64,000 bases of DNA from Chitinophagales bacterium. Its GTDB lineage: Bacteria; Bacteroidota; Bacteroidia; Chitinophagales; CAIODY01. The translations under genes and the position numbers were made by a program. The stretch covers positions 1,816 to 65,815 of the forward strand of contig JAPJNH010000051.1 in the NCBI GenBank assembly GCA_026461075.1. The letters are read 5' to 3'. Below are positions 37,033 through 46,816 of the stretch, piece by piece. The notes under the pieces were generated by a model. That model saw only the letters and a list, made by a program, of their open reading frames with translations, made no database searches and was not told the DNA's origin. Position 1 is the first letter of the stretch, and each line of letters opens with the position of its first letter.

Positions 37033-37742
37033 TTCGCTGTGTCATAATTGATGATGAACCTTTAGCATTAGAAGTTAGCAAAAGTTTTATTGAAAAGATT
37101 CCACAACTGCAATTGATTGGAAGTTTTACCGATGCTATTGAAGGAGTAGAATTTATCAGAAAGCAGAAGCCCGATATTTTGTTTCTAGATATTCAGATGC
37201 CTGATGTGAATGGGATTCAATTACTAAAGTCATTAGACATTAACCCTGTTACTATATTCACAACAGCCTACAGCAAATATGCCATAGATGGCTTTGAGTT
37301 AAACGCAGCCGATTACCTACTCAAACCTTTTTCATTCGAACGTTTTGAAAGAGCTGTACAGAAGGCCAGTGCCATTCATGAGCAACGTATTACGCAGCAA
37401 AAAAACAAAGAGCTAGCCGACTATTTCTTTGTTAAATCTGAATACCAACAAATAAAAATCAATGTAGTGGATGTTCGCTATATGGAGGGCCTAGATGATT
37501 ATGTAAAAATTCACCTTAAAGAAGGTCGACCAATTTTAACATTGATGAGCTTGAAGAATATGTTAGAGAAGTTATCTGGACTCCCATTCCAACGTGTTCA
37601 TCGAAGCTTCATCGTACCTCTTCATCAAGTAAAAGCAGTACGCAATAAGAAGATAATATTATTGGATGGCACAACCGAGATACCTATCGGTGCGAGTTAT
37701 GCAGAAGAAGTAAGTAAATGGCTAAAAGGTGATAATGCTTAA
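37029..37742 (+). CDS. LytTR-family response regulator
   Basis: Receiver domain (IIDDEP...DILFLDIQMPD) plus a LytTR DNA-binding domain (VHRSFIV). ATGA overlap with the kinase gene. Confidence 0.85.
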   Translation: MIRCVIIDDEPLALEVSKSFIEKIPQLQLIGSFTDAIEGVEFIRKQKPDILFLDIQMPDVNGIQLLKSLDINPVTIFTTAYSKYAIDGFELNAADYLLKPFSFERFERAVQKASAIHEQRITQQKNKELADYFFVKSEYQQIKINVVDVRYMEGLDDYVKIHLKEGRPILTLMSLKNMLEKLSGLPFQRVHRSFIVPLHQVKAVRNKKIILLDGTTEIPIGASYAEEVSKWLKGDNA

Positions 37743-38467
37743 AGCAACTTCACCGCAATTTGGTAGTAATTATTGACAGCAGCCAATACTTCAAACTTAA
37801 TATAATAGGCTTTACAGAAATGTTCCCATGCAGCAAACTCATGATCAGGAACATTGAATTCATCAAACAAAATCAAATCGCCCGCTTTTAGAAAGGGCGC
37901 TAAGCTTGTTAATACGTATAAGGTAGAACTGTAAAGATCCGCATCTAAGTGAATCACTTTACGTTGTGCTTTAGTCACTTTTCCTGCTTGAATAAATGGA
38001 GGCAAGGAATCTTGAAAAAGTCCTTTCACAAATTCGTGACGATTTCCTTCTACCTCTGGAATAGGCGTTGCAAAGGCTCCTTTTCCATAACCACCCCAAC
38101 TTTCAGGTAAGCCTTCAAAGGTATCGAAACCATAAAAACGAGAATTGGCATGGGTATTATTTTTCACCCAATGCTTGAAGGATGCTCCTTTAAAAACGCC
38201 GAATTCCATATAAAGAATCTCGGCTCCGTGAAGTGCTTCTTGCTGCATCACGTCCGCATACAAACGATAGCGTGCGTTGAAGTCGCGCTTGCGTGTAAAG
38301 AAATCATTTAATCCTTTAACGGGATGCTGACTAATCCACTTCGACATGGCTAAGGTTTGTCCGAAGAAAGTCAGTGGCTTGGCTAAAAAGCCTAACCACA
38401 GACCTGGACGGAGGAAGAGGATAAAACTCTTCACAAAAGCATTAGCAGCGTATAAGAAGCTTCGCAT
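37739..38467 (-). CDS. TylF/MycF-like class I SAM-dependent methyltransferase
   Basis: MEFGVFKGAS, FDTFEGLP, HLDADLYSST and LFDEF motifs of the macrocin-O-methyltransferase family. It starts 3 nt after the gyrA stop. Confidence 0.65.
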   Translation of the reverse strand: MRSFLYAANAFVKSFILFLRPGLWLGFLAKPLTFFGQTLAMSKWISQHPVKGLNDFFTRKRDFNARYRLYADVMQQEALHGAEILYMEFGVFKGASFKHWVKNNTHANSRFYGFDTFEGLPESWGGYGKGAFATPIPEVEGNRHEFVKGLFQDSLPPFIQAGKVTKAQRKVIHLDADLYSSTLYVLTSLAPFLKAGDLILFDEFNVPDHEFAAWEHFCKAYYIKFEVLAAVNNYYQIAVKLL

Positions 38468-38470
38468 GAA

Positions 38471-41026
38471 TTATTCTGTTACTGGACTAGCGTCTTCGTT
38501 AGTAGTAGTGGTATCTGTAGCATCCGGTGCGTTGTCTAACGGAGCGCTGTTTTCATCCGCTACGATAGCTACTTCTTCTTCAACGTGATCGATACGTGTT
38601 ACTGCCGCGATTTCATCCCCTTCGTTCAAACGGATCAAACGAACACCTTGTGTCGCACGACCAGCCTCACGAATATCCGCTACCGAAGTACGGATGGTGA
38701 TACCCGACTTACACATAATCATTACATCATCATCGTCTTTAACAGCTAAGAAGCCAATCAACTTACCAGTCTTATCCGTTACGTTCAAGGTACGAACCCC
38801 TTTACCACCTCGGTTGGTGATACGATATTCATCTAAGGCTGTACGCTTACCTAATCCGTTCTCCGTGATTACCATCAAGGTTCTTGGATCATTGGCAGCT
38901 AAACAAATCATTCCAATAACTTCGTCATTCGATTCATCCACTTCAATACCAATTACACCCGCAGACGAACGTCCGGTAGGACGAACTTTTCCTTCAGGGA
39001 AACGTATGCTACGACCACTATGAATAGCCATTAAAATTTCACTCGTTCCATCTGTCAACTGCGCTTCTAATAATTGATCGCCTTCGTTGATATTGATTGC
39101 GATTACACCGTTGGTACGTGGACGACTGAATTCTTCTAACAACGTCTTTTTCACAATACCTTGCTTGGTACAGAAAACTACATAATGACTATTGATAAAC
39201 TCTTCGTCATTCAATTTCTCTACGTTGATATAAGCGCGGATTTTATCTCCTTGTTCTAACTGTAACAAGTTTTGGATCGCTCTACCCTTGCTTGTTTTAT
39301 TTCCTTCTGGAATTTGATAAACTTTCAACCAGAAGCATTTACCCTTGTCGGTAAACACTAACAAATAGTTGTGCGTATTGGCAACAAAAACGTGTTCTAT
39401 AAAATCTTCATCACGAGTGGCACCACCTTGAGAACCTCTACCACCACGACCTTGTGCGCGATACTCAGTCAATGAGGTACGCTTCACATAACCTAAGTGA
39501 GAAATCGTTACAACCACATCTTCACGATCGATCAAGTCTTCTTGCATGATTTCATCCGCATTCAACACAATCTCACTACGACGTTCATCACCGAAACGTT
39601 TTTGGATATCCAACATTTCGTCTTTGATAATTTGCATACGCAATGCTTCGTCGCCAAGAATACCACGTAAGTATTCGATGGTCTTCATCAATTCTTGATA
39701 TTCATCACGGATCTTATCGCGCTCTAATCCTGTCAAGCGTTGTAAACGCATTTCAAGAATCGCCTTCGATTGAATTTCACTCAATCCGAATTTAGACATT
39801 AAGCCATCTTGCGCTTCGTTAGGCGTTTGTGCTGCACGAATCAATGCGATAACTTCATCTAAATGATCTAAAGCGATTAATAAACCTTCGAGGATATGTG
39901 CACGCTTTTCAGCTTCTGCTAATTCAAATTTGGTACGACGAACCACCACTTCGTGACGGAACTCTACGTAGTACATGATTAATTCACGAATGTTCAAGGT
40001 CATAGGACGACCTTTCACTAGTGCTACGTTGTTGATACCATAAGAGGTTTGAAGCTCTGTATATTGGAACAATTGATTAATAACCCACTGTGCAGACGCA
40101 TCTTGTTTAAGATCATAAACGATACGCATACCTTCACGATCGGATTCATCTTTACAATCGCGTAGACCTTCGATTTTCTTTTCCGCCATCAAGTGGTGGG
40201 TCTTCTCGATAAGAGAAGCTTTATTGACTTGATAAGGGATTTCCGTAACGACGATTTTCTCACGTCCTTTACTATCCGTTTCAATTTCATATTTAGCGCG
40301 AACTACGACACGACCACGACCGGTCATGAAGCCATTACGAACGCCTTCCATTCCGTAGATGATACCTCCTGTTGGAAAATCTGGCGCCTTTACATATTGC
40401 ATTAACTCTACGGCCGTGATTTCTTTATTGTCGATATACGCACAGATACCATTGATTACTTCCGTTAAGTTGTGAGGCATCATGTTCGTCGCCATACCTA
40501 CCGCGATACCCGACGCACCATTCACCAAAAGGTTAGGGATACGTGTAGGCATTACTGTTGGCTCTTCCAAGGTATCGTCAAAGTTAAGGGTGAAGTCAAC
40601 CGTATCTTTTTCTAAGTCGCGCAATAACTCTTCCGCCAATTTTGTCAAACGTACTTCGGTATAACGCATCGCAGCTGGAGGATCACCATCGACAGAACCG
40701 AAGTTACCTTGACCATCTACGAGGGTATAACGTAGCGACCAGTGCTGCGCCATACGCACCATTGTATCATAAACGCTGGCATCACCGTGTGGGTGGTACT
40801 TACCCAAAACCTCACCGACGATACGCGCTGATTTCTTGTACGGGCGATTATGTAACATCCCTAATTCATGCATCCCGAATAATACGCGACGGTGAACTGG
40901 TTTTAAACCATCACGAACATCGGGTAAGGCACGACCTACGATTACCGACATGGAATAGTCGATATAGGCCGTCTTCATTTCATTCTCAATGTTTATGGGA
41001 ACAATTTTCTCTTGATCTGCGTTCAT
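38471..41026 (-). CDS. gyrA: DNA gyrase subunit A
   Basis: Full-length GyrA with the active-site region AAMRYTE, the [18 protein letters not shown], and an acidic C-terminal tail. Confidence 0.95.
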   Translation of the reverse strand: MNADQEKIVPINIENEMKTAYIDYSMSVIVGRALPDVRDGLKPVHRRVLFGMHELGMLHNRPYKKSARIVGEVLGKYHPHGDASVYDTMVRMAQHWSLRYTLVDGQGNFGSVDGDPPAAMRYTEVRLTKLAEELLRDLEKDTVDFTLNFDDTLEEPTVMPTRIPNLLVNGASGIAVGMATNMMPHNLTEVINGICAYIDNKEITAVELMQYVKAPDFPTGGIIYGMEGVRNGFMTGRGRVVVRAKYEIETDSKGREKIVVTEIPYQVNKASLIEKTHHLMAEKKIEGLRDCKDESDREGMRIVYDLKQDASAQWVINQLFQYTELQTSYGINNVALVKGRPMTLNIRELIMYYVEFRHEVVVRRTKFELAEAEKRAHILEGLLIALDHLDEVIALIRAAQTPNEAQDGLMSKFGLSEIQSKAILEMRLQRLTGLERDKIRDEYQELMKTIEYLRGILGDEALRMQIIKDEMLDIQKRFGDERRSEIVLNADEIMQEDLIDREDVVVTISHLGYVKRTSLTEYRAQGRGGRGSQGGATRDEDFIEHVFVANTHNYLLVFTDKGKCFWLKVYQIPEGNKTSKGRAIQNLLQLEQGDKIRAYINVEKLNDEEFINSHYVVFCTKQGIVKKTLLEEFSRPRTNGVIAININEGDQLLEAQLTDGTSEILMAIHSGRSIRFPEGKVRPTGRSSAGVIGIEVDESNDEVIGMICLAANDPRTLMVITENGLGKRTALDEYRITNRGGKGVRTLNVTDKTGKLIGFLAVKDDDDVMIMCKSGITIRTSVADIREAGRATQGVRLIRLNEGDEIAAVTRIDHVEEEVAIVADENSAPLDNAPDATDTTTTNEDASPVTE

Positions 41027-41260
41027 TTTATACTTTGTAAATTATACTTTTTAAGAAGAGTTGCCTGCTTTGAACAAGCCTCGCGAAGATAATGAATTTT
41101 AAGTGGATTTTTAGCTGTTTTACGCTGCATTTAAGACAGTTGTGGATAAACACTTCAAAATGTGCAAAAGCGTTGAAAATCGCGATTTTATCGCTCTTTT
41201 ACTTTTGGTAATCCGCTAATTTTTGTGTTTCTTTGCCGACTAAATTATCTATCCTCTACT

Positions 41261-42358
41261 ATGTCACTTCAATGCGGAATCGTGGGCTTGCCTAACGTAG
41301 GAAAATCAACCTTGTTCAACGCCTTATCTAATGCCAAAGCACAAGCAGCCAATTTCCCTTTTTGTACCATCGAACCAAACGTTGGTGTTATCACTGTCCC
41401 TGACGAGCGTTTAGAGGCATTAGCAGCTATTGTTATCCCTGAAAAGGTGCAACCGACGACTGTTGAGATCGTAGATATCGCAGGATTGGTAAAAGGTGCT
41501 TCGAAAGGAGAAGGATTGGGGAACCAATTTTTGGGTAATATCCGCAGTGTAGACGCGATTCTTCACGTAGTTCGTTGCTTCGACAATGACAACGTTATTC
41601 ACGTAGACGGTTCTGTAAACCCTGTTCGCGATAAAGAAATCATCGATTTCGAATTACAATTGAAGGATTTGGAGAGTTTAGATAAAAAAATTCAAAAAAT
41701 CGAGAAGCAAGCACGTACCGGCAATGCGCAGTTGATGGAGTGTCTAGATGTTTGTTTGAAATACAAAAAGCATTTGGAGGAAGGAAAATCTGCTCGCAGT
41801 TGCGATGTCCCTAAGGAACTTCAAGTGCATATTGCAGATTTGTTCTTGTTAACCATGAAGCCGGTAATGTATATCTGTAACGTAGACGAAGGTTCTTTGG
41901 CGAACGGCAATCAATATACACAAGCTTTAATGGATACGGTGAAAGATGAACATGCTGAAGTATTGTTTATCAGTGCAGCGATCGAAGCTGATATCGCAGA
42001 ATTAGAATCTTACGAAGACAAGCAAGCATTCTTAGCTGATCTTGGCTTACAAGAATCAGGTGTGAATCGTTTGATTAAAGCAGCTTACCGCTTGTTGGAT
42101 TTGTATACTTACTTTACGGCAGGTGTGAAAGAAGTGCGTGCATGGACGATCCACAAAGGATTCACGGCTCCGCAAGCAGCTGGTGTGATTCATACCGACT
42201 TCGAAAAAGGATTCATCCGCGCAGAAGTCATCAAATACGTCGACTACGTTACTTTAAAATCGGAAGCGGCTTGTAGAGACGCAGGTAAATTGGCTGTTCA
42301 AGGTAAAGACTATATCGTAGACGATGGCGACATCATGCATTTCCGCTTTAACGTTTAA
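41261..42358 (+). CDS. ychF: Redox-regulated ATPase YchF
   Basis: Start trimmed to MSLQCGIVGLPNVGKSTLFNAL. C-terminal ...DDGDIMHFRFNV. Confidence 0.9.
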   Translation: MSLQCGIVGLPNVGKSTLFNALSNAKAQAANFPFCTIEPNVGVITVPDERLEALAAIVIPEKVQPTTVEIVDIAGLVKGASKGEGLGNQFLGNIRSVDAILHVVRCFDNDNVIHVDGSVNPVRDKEIIDFELQLKDLESLDKKIQKIEKQARTGNAQLMECLDVCLKYKKHLEEGKSARSCDVPKELQVHIADLFLLTMKPVMYICNVDEGSLANGNQYTQALMDTVKDEHAEVLFISAAIEADIAELESYEDKQAFLADLGLQESGVNRLIKAAYRLLDLYTYFTAGVKEVRAWTIHKGFTAPQAAGVIHTDFEKGFIRAEVIKYVDYVTLKSEAACRDAGKLAVQGKDYIVDDGDIMHFRFNV

Positions 42359-42384
42359 TTATCCCTTCTTTAATTCTATATGTC

Positions 42385-42894
42385 ATGAATAAACTTATTT
42401 GGATCTTATCAGTAGTAATCGCAGTCGTAGTAGCGATTTTATATTGGATGCCTAAGCCTGATTTCTCCTTAGGTTTTGATATTCACATTATCCCATTCAT
42501 TAACGCTATGCTAAATGGCGCAGTAGCCCTTATGTTGGTGGTTGGCCTATATTTCATCAAACAAAAAAATCAAACCGCGCATAAATGGTCGATGCTAACT
42601 GCGTTTACCTTTTCTTCACTATTCCTCGTAGGATATGTGGTTTATCATGCTTTGGCAAAAGAAACTAAATTCGGAGGCGAAGGTTTGATTCGTCCTGTTT
42701 ATTTCTTCTTATTGATCACGCATATTTTATTGGCAGCAGGAACGCTTCCTTTTATCTTGATTAGCTTGAATAACGCTTGGACCGCAAAGTTCGACAAGCA
42801 CCGTAAAATCGCTAAGATCACTTGGCCTTTATGGTTTTATGTAGCGGTTACTGGCGTTGTATTATACTTCATGATCGCTCCTTACTATAAGTAA
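42385..42894 (+). CDS. DUF420-family membrane protein (CtaM/YozB-like)
   Basis: Four TM helices with the conserved His context LLITHILLAAG. 169 aa. Confidence 0.65.
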   Translation: MNKLIWILSVVIAVVVAILYWMPKPDFSLGFDIHIIPFINAMLNGAVALMLVVGLYFIKQKNQTAHKWSMLTAFTFSSLFLVGYVVYHALAKETKFGGEGLIRPVYFFLLITHILLAAGTLPFILISLNNAWTAKFDKHRKIAKITWPLWFYVAVTGVVLYFMIAPYYK

Positions 42895-43589
42895 TGACTC
42901 CTGCGGAAATTCAATCGCTGTTGGAAGTCCCTTCCCACCAATCTTCTACACCTATTAAAGTAGAGGAAGCAGAATTTCTATATCAGTTCATTAAAGATAA
43001 AAACTGCAAACGCACACTAGAAACCGGTTTTGGCTTTGCGAGAAGTGCGTCACATATAATGGCCGCGAGTGAAGCGCCACATATTGTAATCGACCCCTAT
43101 CAATCGAATTACAATTACGGAGGCTTAAAGAATATTGAAAAGATCGGCTTGCGGGAGCAAATCACACTTATTGAGAAATCCTCACATATTGCCTTGCCGG
43201 AATTACTCAATGAAAACAAAAGCTTCGACTTCATCTTCATCGACGGGGATCACCGTTTTGATGGCTGTTTTGTCGACTATTTCTATGCTGATTTACTATT
43301 GGCAGAAAAGGGCTATTTATTGTTCCATGATACTTGGATGCAGCCGATTCAATTGGTGATTAATTTCATTCGTCAGAATCGCAAAGATTATATCGAAGTT
43401 CCTACCCCCTTGCCAAACTTCTCAATGTGGCAGAAAGTAGCAAAGGACGGTCGTGGTTCGATGGATCACAGCGGATTTTATACCAGCAAATCATGGCTTA
43501 AACACCACCTTATCTATTGGTTGCACAATGGTAAAAATAAAGGATTGAAAGACGGCTTAAAGTCTTTGAAAAAGCTATTTTCTAAATAG
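42894..43589 (+). CDS. Class I SAM-dependent methyltransferase (Methyltransf_24-like)
   Basis: TLETGFGFARSASHIM, FIFIDGDHRFDG and LLFHDTWM motifs. Its start overlaps the DUF420 stop (TAATG). Confidence 0.65.
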   Translation: MTPAEIQSLLEVPSHQSSTPIKVEEAEFLYQFIKDKNCKRTLETGFGFARSASHIMAASEAPHIVIDPYQSNYNYGGLKNIEKIGLREQITLIEKSSHIALPELLNENKSFDFIFIDGDHRFDGCFVDYFYADLLLAEKGYLLFHDTWMQPIQLVINFIRQNRKDYIEVPTPLPNFSMWQKVAKDGRGSMDHSGFYTSKSWLKHHLIYWLHNGKNKGLKDGLKSLKKLFSK

Positions 43590-43896
43590 TATCCGTATCG
43601 ATAATGTAGACTTGTTCATTATCACGTTTCATAAAATATTTTTCTCGCGCTAATTTCTCTAACTGCAGAGAGTCGTTCAGCAAAGCATTACGCTCCTGTT
43701 GTACTTTATTCAATTCCTTTTGATAATAATCTCGTTCAGAACGTAAATCGTCGAGTTCTTTCTGAATTTCCATACGTTCGCTCCAGTTATAACGTTGCGA
43801 GACGAACATATAAACGATGAAAGCCAAAATCGTTAAGGTATAACGATTGCGAATAAATTTCGGGATGCGATAGTAAAGGGCTTTCAATTTCTCCAT
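43582..43896 (-). CDS. FtsB/DivIC-like septum formation initiator
   Basis: One TM helix, a coiled coil, and the terminal ...LEKLAREKYFMKRDNEQVYII. A TAttTTTG box sits at 43902-43909 (minus strand), 5 nt from the ATG. Confidence 0.65.
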   Translation of the reverse strand: MEKLKALYYRIPKFIRNRYTLTILAFIVYMFVSQRYNWSERMEIQKELDDLRSERDYYQKELNKVQQERNALLNDSLQLEKLAREKYFMKRDNEQVYIIDTDTI

Positions 43897-43965
43897 TGGT
43901 TCAAAAATAGGGAAATTTGAATGGTAGCAAAAGGAGTTGCGTAAATTTCGTTTACTTTGTACTAC

Positions 43966-45159
43966 ATGAGATACGATTGGATTATTATTGGAGGAGGCGC
44001 AGCGGGTTCTTTTGCCGCAGCCAACCTAACGGAGCGCGGACAAAGTGTGCTTATACTAGAAAAGGGTAATAAGTTAATGGCCAAGGTGAAAGTGAGTGGC
44101 GGAGGGCGTTGTAACGTCACGCATCAGGTGAAAACGACAAGCGAACTGATTCCTGCCTACCCTCGTGGCGGCAAGGCCTTACATAATCTTTTCAAAGCTT
44201 TTGGTCCGAAAGAAATGGAAGCTTGGCTCAAAGAACGCGGCGTCGATACACATGCCGAGGGGGATGGACGTATGTTTCCAGAAACGAACGACTCACAAAC
44301 TATCATCCACTGTTTTGAAAGAAGTATGCAAGGAACGCGCGTGATGCTTTCAGCAGAGGTCGTGGCGGTAACAAAAAACGATGACCATTTCAGTGTGGCT
44401 ACACGTCAGAGTATCTACGAAGGCAAAAAACTTTTGATCGCTGCTGGTGGCTTCCTGAAAGGCGCCTTGCGTGAATCCGTACTAGGACTCGGGCATCATA
44501 TCGAAGAAGAAGTTCCTTCTCTATTCACGTTTAACCTACCTAATCATCCTATTGTAGAGCTTACTGGATTAGTGGCTGAACATGCCACGGCTTCTATACC
44601 TGGCACAAGTTTGAAAAGCGAAGGTCCTTTACTGATAACGCATTGGGGTTTGAGTGGACCGTGTATTTTAAAACTTTCGTCTTTAGCGGCCCGTTATATT
44701 GCAGAACATCAAAATCAATTCAAGGTTAAGATTCAATGGATCAACGACCTAAGTGAAAACGAGTTCAGAACTTGGTTTCAACAACATCGCCAAGTGCATG
44801 GCAAACGAAAAGTATATAGTCATTGTCCGTTTGAACTCCCTACCCGACTCTGGCAATTCTTGTTATATGAAGCAAAAATAGCCGAACACTTAAATTGGGG
44901 CGACCTGAATAAAGAAGGCTTAGCAAAGATGATACAAGCGCTTTACCATTCCGAGATTTCGGTGGATGGCAAGACGACTTTTAAGGAAGAATTTGTTACC
45001 TGCGGCGGTATTCAGTTGGGAGAAATTCAGTTAAAGAATATGGAAAGCAAATTAGTGCCGGGCTTACACTTCGCTGGCGAAGTTGTTGATGTAGACGCAA
45101 TCACAGGAGGTTATAATTTCCAATTCGCCTGGAGTAGTGCTATTGCGGCGATACAATAA
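43966..45159 (+). CDS. HI0933/BaiN-like NAD(P)/FAD-dependent oxidoreductase
   Basis: Start trimmed to MRYDWIIIGGGAAGSFAA. Contains VSGGGRCNVTH and a C-terminal ...DAITGGYNFQFAWSS. Confidence 0.8.
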   Translation: MRYDWIIIGGGAAGSFAAANLTERGQSVLILEKGNKLMAKVKVSGGGRCNVTHQVKTTSELIPAYPRGGKALHNLFKAFGPKEMEAWLKERGVDTHAEGDGRMFPETNDSQTIIHCFERSMQGTRVMLSAEVVAVTKNDDHFSVATRQSIYEGKKLLIAAGGFLKGALRESVLGLGHHIEEEVPSLFTFNLPNHPIVELTGLVAEHATASIPGTSLKSEGPLLITHWGLSGPCILKLSSLAARYIAEHQNQFKVKIQWINDLSENEFRTWFQQHRQVHGKRKVYSHCPFELPTRLWQFLLYEAKIAEHLNWGDLNKEGLAKMIQALYHSEISVDGKTTFKEEFVTCGGIQLGEIQLKNMESKLVPGLHFAGEVVDVDAITGGYNFQFAWSSAIAAIQ

Positions 45160-45177
45160 AATTAAGGATGAAAGATT

Positions 45178-45382
45178 AAGAATTAAAAATTGTCCTACTT
45201 CTAGGTTCGTGGGGGACACGAAAGTTCGGCAGGGAATGGTGAAAAATTAAAAATGAAGAATTAAAAATTAAAAATTGCGGCTGCAATGTCCTGAAAAATT
45301 GAACGGATATAGTACGTTAGTCCAGAAAGTTGGGGACAACCCATAAATAAAAAGAAAAAAACATTTTCAATTTTCACCATTC
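45178..45382. repeat. ORF-free repeat cluster: 14-nt direct repeat, 5x AAAAATT, two TGTCC...GGGGACA units, 12-bp inverted repeat
   Basis: AAGAATTAAAAATT at 45178-45191 and 45256-45269. GAATGGTGAAAA (45234-45245) pairs with TTTTCACCATTC (45371-45382). Confidence 0.55.
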
Positions 45383-45407
45383 ACCTTTAACCTCTTATTA
45401 AACGCCA

Positions 45408-45443
45408 TAAAAAAGGGAACCTGTTTTACAGATTCCCTTTTTT
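45408..45443. terminator. Bidirectional intrinsic terminator
   Basis: A-run, GGGAACCTG-tttta-CAGATTCCC, then T6. It serves the peroxiredoxin gene and probably the oxidoreductase gene as well. Confidence 0.7.
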
Positions 45444-45463
45444 GTGAAGTCGCTTTAGAATGC

Positions 45464-45925
45464 TTATTTCAAAGCACTCATGATATTTTCGAAGTTTGGC
45501 AAATCACCAGCAGATTCCAATACTTCAGCATATTTCACAACACCGTTTTCGTCGATTACGAAAGCACTACGTTTTGCAGTACCAGTCATGCCCAAAACGA
45601 AAGTTTCGTAAGAAGCACCATACAAAGCAGTAACGTCTTTGTTATAGTCGCTCAACAAATCGAAGTTCAAATTTTGCTCTTCCTTGAATTTACCCAAAGA
45701 GAAAACTGTATCTGTAGAAATACCAAATACGCGCGCGTTTACATTGTTATAATCAGTGATACCATCACGTACACTGCACAATTCTTTAGTACAAACACCT
45801 GTGAAGGCTGCAGGGAAGAATAATAAAACTACTTTTTGACCGCGTAAGCTGCTCAATGCAACTTGTTCTTTGTTAGTATTGAACAAAGAGAATTCAGGAG
45901 CGGGTTGTCCTACTTGAATAGCCAT
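45464..45925 (-). CDS. Peroxiredoxin (AhpC/TSA family, BCP/AhpE-like)
   Basis: FFPAAFTGVCTKELC active-site context. 153 aa. A TAccTTTG box sits at 45956-45963 (minus strand). Confidence 0.85.
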   Translation of the reverse strand: MAIQVGQPAPEFSLFNTNKEQVALSSLRGQKVVLLFFPAAFTGVCTKELCSVRDGITDYNNVNARVFGISTDTVFSLGKFKEEQNLNFDLLSDYNKDVTALYGASYETFVLGMTGTAKRSAFVIDENGVVKYAEVLESAGDLPNFENIMSALK

Positions 45926-45988
45926 AATTAATTATTGTTTGGTTGATTTTAGATTGCAAAGGTATAAACAAGAATCGGGATAAAAAGT

Positions 45989-46696
45989 TTATTCAAAAAG
46001 ACTTAACATTTGAATTTTGTCCGACTTTGTCATGAGTCCTGGATTTATGCCCGGCACACCTTGAGGAATCGTTTGCTTTTTATCTTCAAAATATTTCGCC
46101 CATACTGGCTGAAAAGCACTTTCCCCAGGCCTTTTGTAGGTCATAGGCTTATTTACAAAAAGCGTATCATTATGATCATTCACAAAAACGTCACGAACAA
46201 ACTCTGAGCAATAATATTTACCATTATTCGGCAAGAAATCGTCATCATAAGGTAAGCCAATGGCACCATAAGCATTGATCATCGCCAAGTCAATTTGCGA
46301 CTGATAAGCAGGCTTCAATCTCCCGACACGAACCAGCGGTTTTCCCAAGCTATCCTTGCTCCGATTCAAAAACTGACTAAGCGAAACAATCCCAACTCCG
46401 TCATAAGCCTCAATCACCAACCATTTATTATCGATAAAGTGAAGAATTCCTACATGACTAAAATGCATGCCATGATAATCAGGCGTTACCTCTTCGATCG
46501 CATCACAAAGTGGCCCGCAATTAAGGTCTTGAAACAATAAATCGCCTTCTTTAAGCGATTGTGTATCGGCCCAGATTTTAGCCAAGCTTCTCGGATGAAT
46601 TGGCTTATTGTTAGATGAATGCTTCTTATTCGGGAATAAAAACAGAAGCGGCATGCATAGCAAGTACCAAAAACGAGGATGATGCAAGGTGTTCAT
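45989..46696 (-). CDS. YiiX-like permuted papain/NlpC-P60-fold protein (Peptidase_C92-like)
   Basis: His-before-Cys order (FSHVGIL ... KYYCSEFV) with an N-terminal signal/anchor. Confidence 0.6.
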   Translation of the reverse strand: MNTLHHPRFWYLLCMPLLFLFPNKKHSSNNKPIHPRSLAKIWADTQSLKEGDLLFQDLNCGPLCDAIEEVTPDYHGMHFSHVGILHFIDNKWLVIEAYDGVGIVSLSQFLNRSKDSLGKPLVRVGRLKPAYQSQIDLAMINAYGAIGLPYDDDFLPNNGKYYCSEFVRDVFVNDHNDTLFVNKPMTYKRPGESAFQPVWAKYFEDKKQTIPQGVPGINPGLMTKSDKIQMLSLFE

Positions 46697-46700
46697 GGCG

Positions 46701-46708
46701 CAAAACTA
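46701..46708 (-). promoter_or_regulatory. -7 box TAgtTTTG, 4 nt before the YiiX-like ATG
   Basis: Minus strand reads TAGTTTTG-cgcc-ATG(46696). Confidence 0.5.
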
Positions 46709-46780
46709 AGAAAACTGCCATAAAGCATAGGCTAAAACGCATTTATCCCTTGATATAAGGGGAGAATTGGAGTAAAATCG

Positions 46781-46788
46781 TATCTTTG
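46781..46788 (+). promoter_or_regulatory. -7 box TAtcTTTG for ndk
   Basis: Exact TAnnTTTG match, giving a ~24-nt leader. Confidence 0.45.
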
Positions 46789-46816
46789 CGCCGCAAAAAA
46801 CAACAACTTATCAATT

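Noticed and set aside
40642-41040. 132-aa plus-strand ORF overlapping the gyrA 5' end.
   Set aside because: It is antisense to the most conserved part of gyrA, and the His/Arg-rich translation has no motifs. It is a frame artefact.
45178-45300. AT-rich short repeats considered as a possible CRISPR array.
   Set aside because: The repeats are 7-14 nt, irregularly spaced and A/T-only, with no 25-40-nt repeat/spacer periodicity and no cas genes in the window.
45261-45380. 39-codon minus-strand ORF (MVKIENVFFFLFMGCPQLSGLTYYIRSIFQDIAAAIFNF) inside the repeat region.
   Set aside because: There is no -7 box upstream, and the ATG sits inside the inverted-repeat arm. The Phe/Ile-rich composition simply mirrors the A-rich plus strand. 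I keep it only as a remote alternative explanation for the region.
45234-45382. The 12-bp inverted repeats read as MITE terminal repeats.
   Set aside because: I could not see target-site duplications flanking the repeats, and I have no evidence of other copies within this window. This is left open as one option under the repeat-region finding rather than called as a mobile element.
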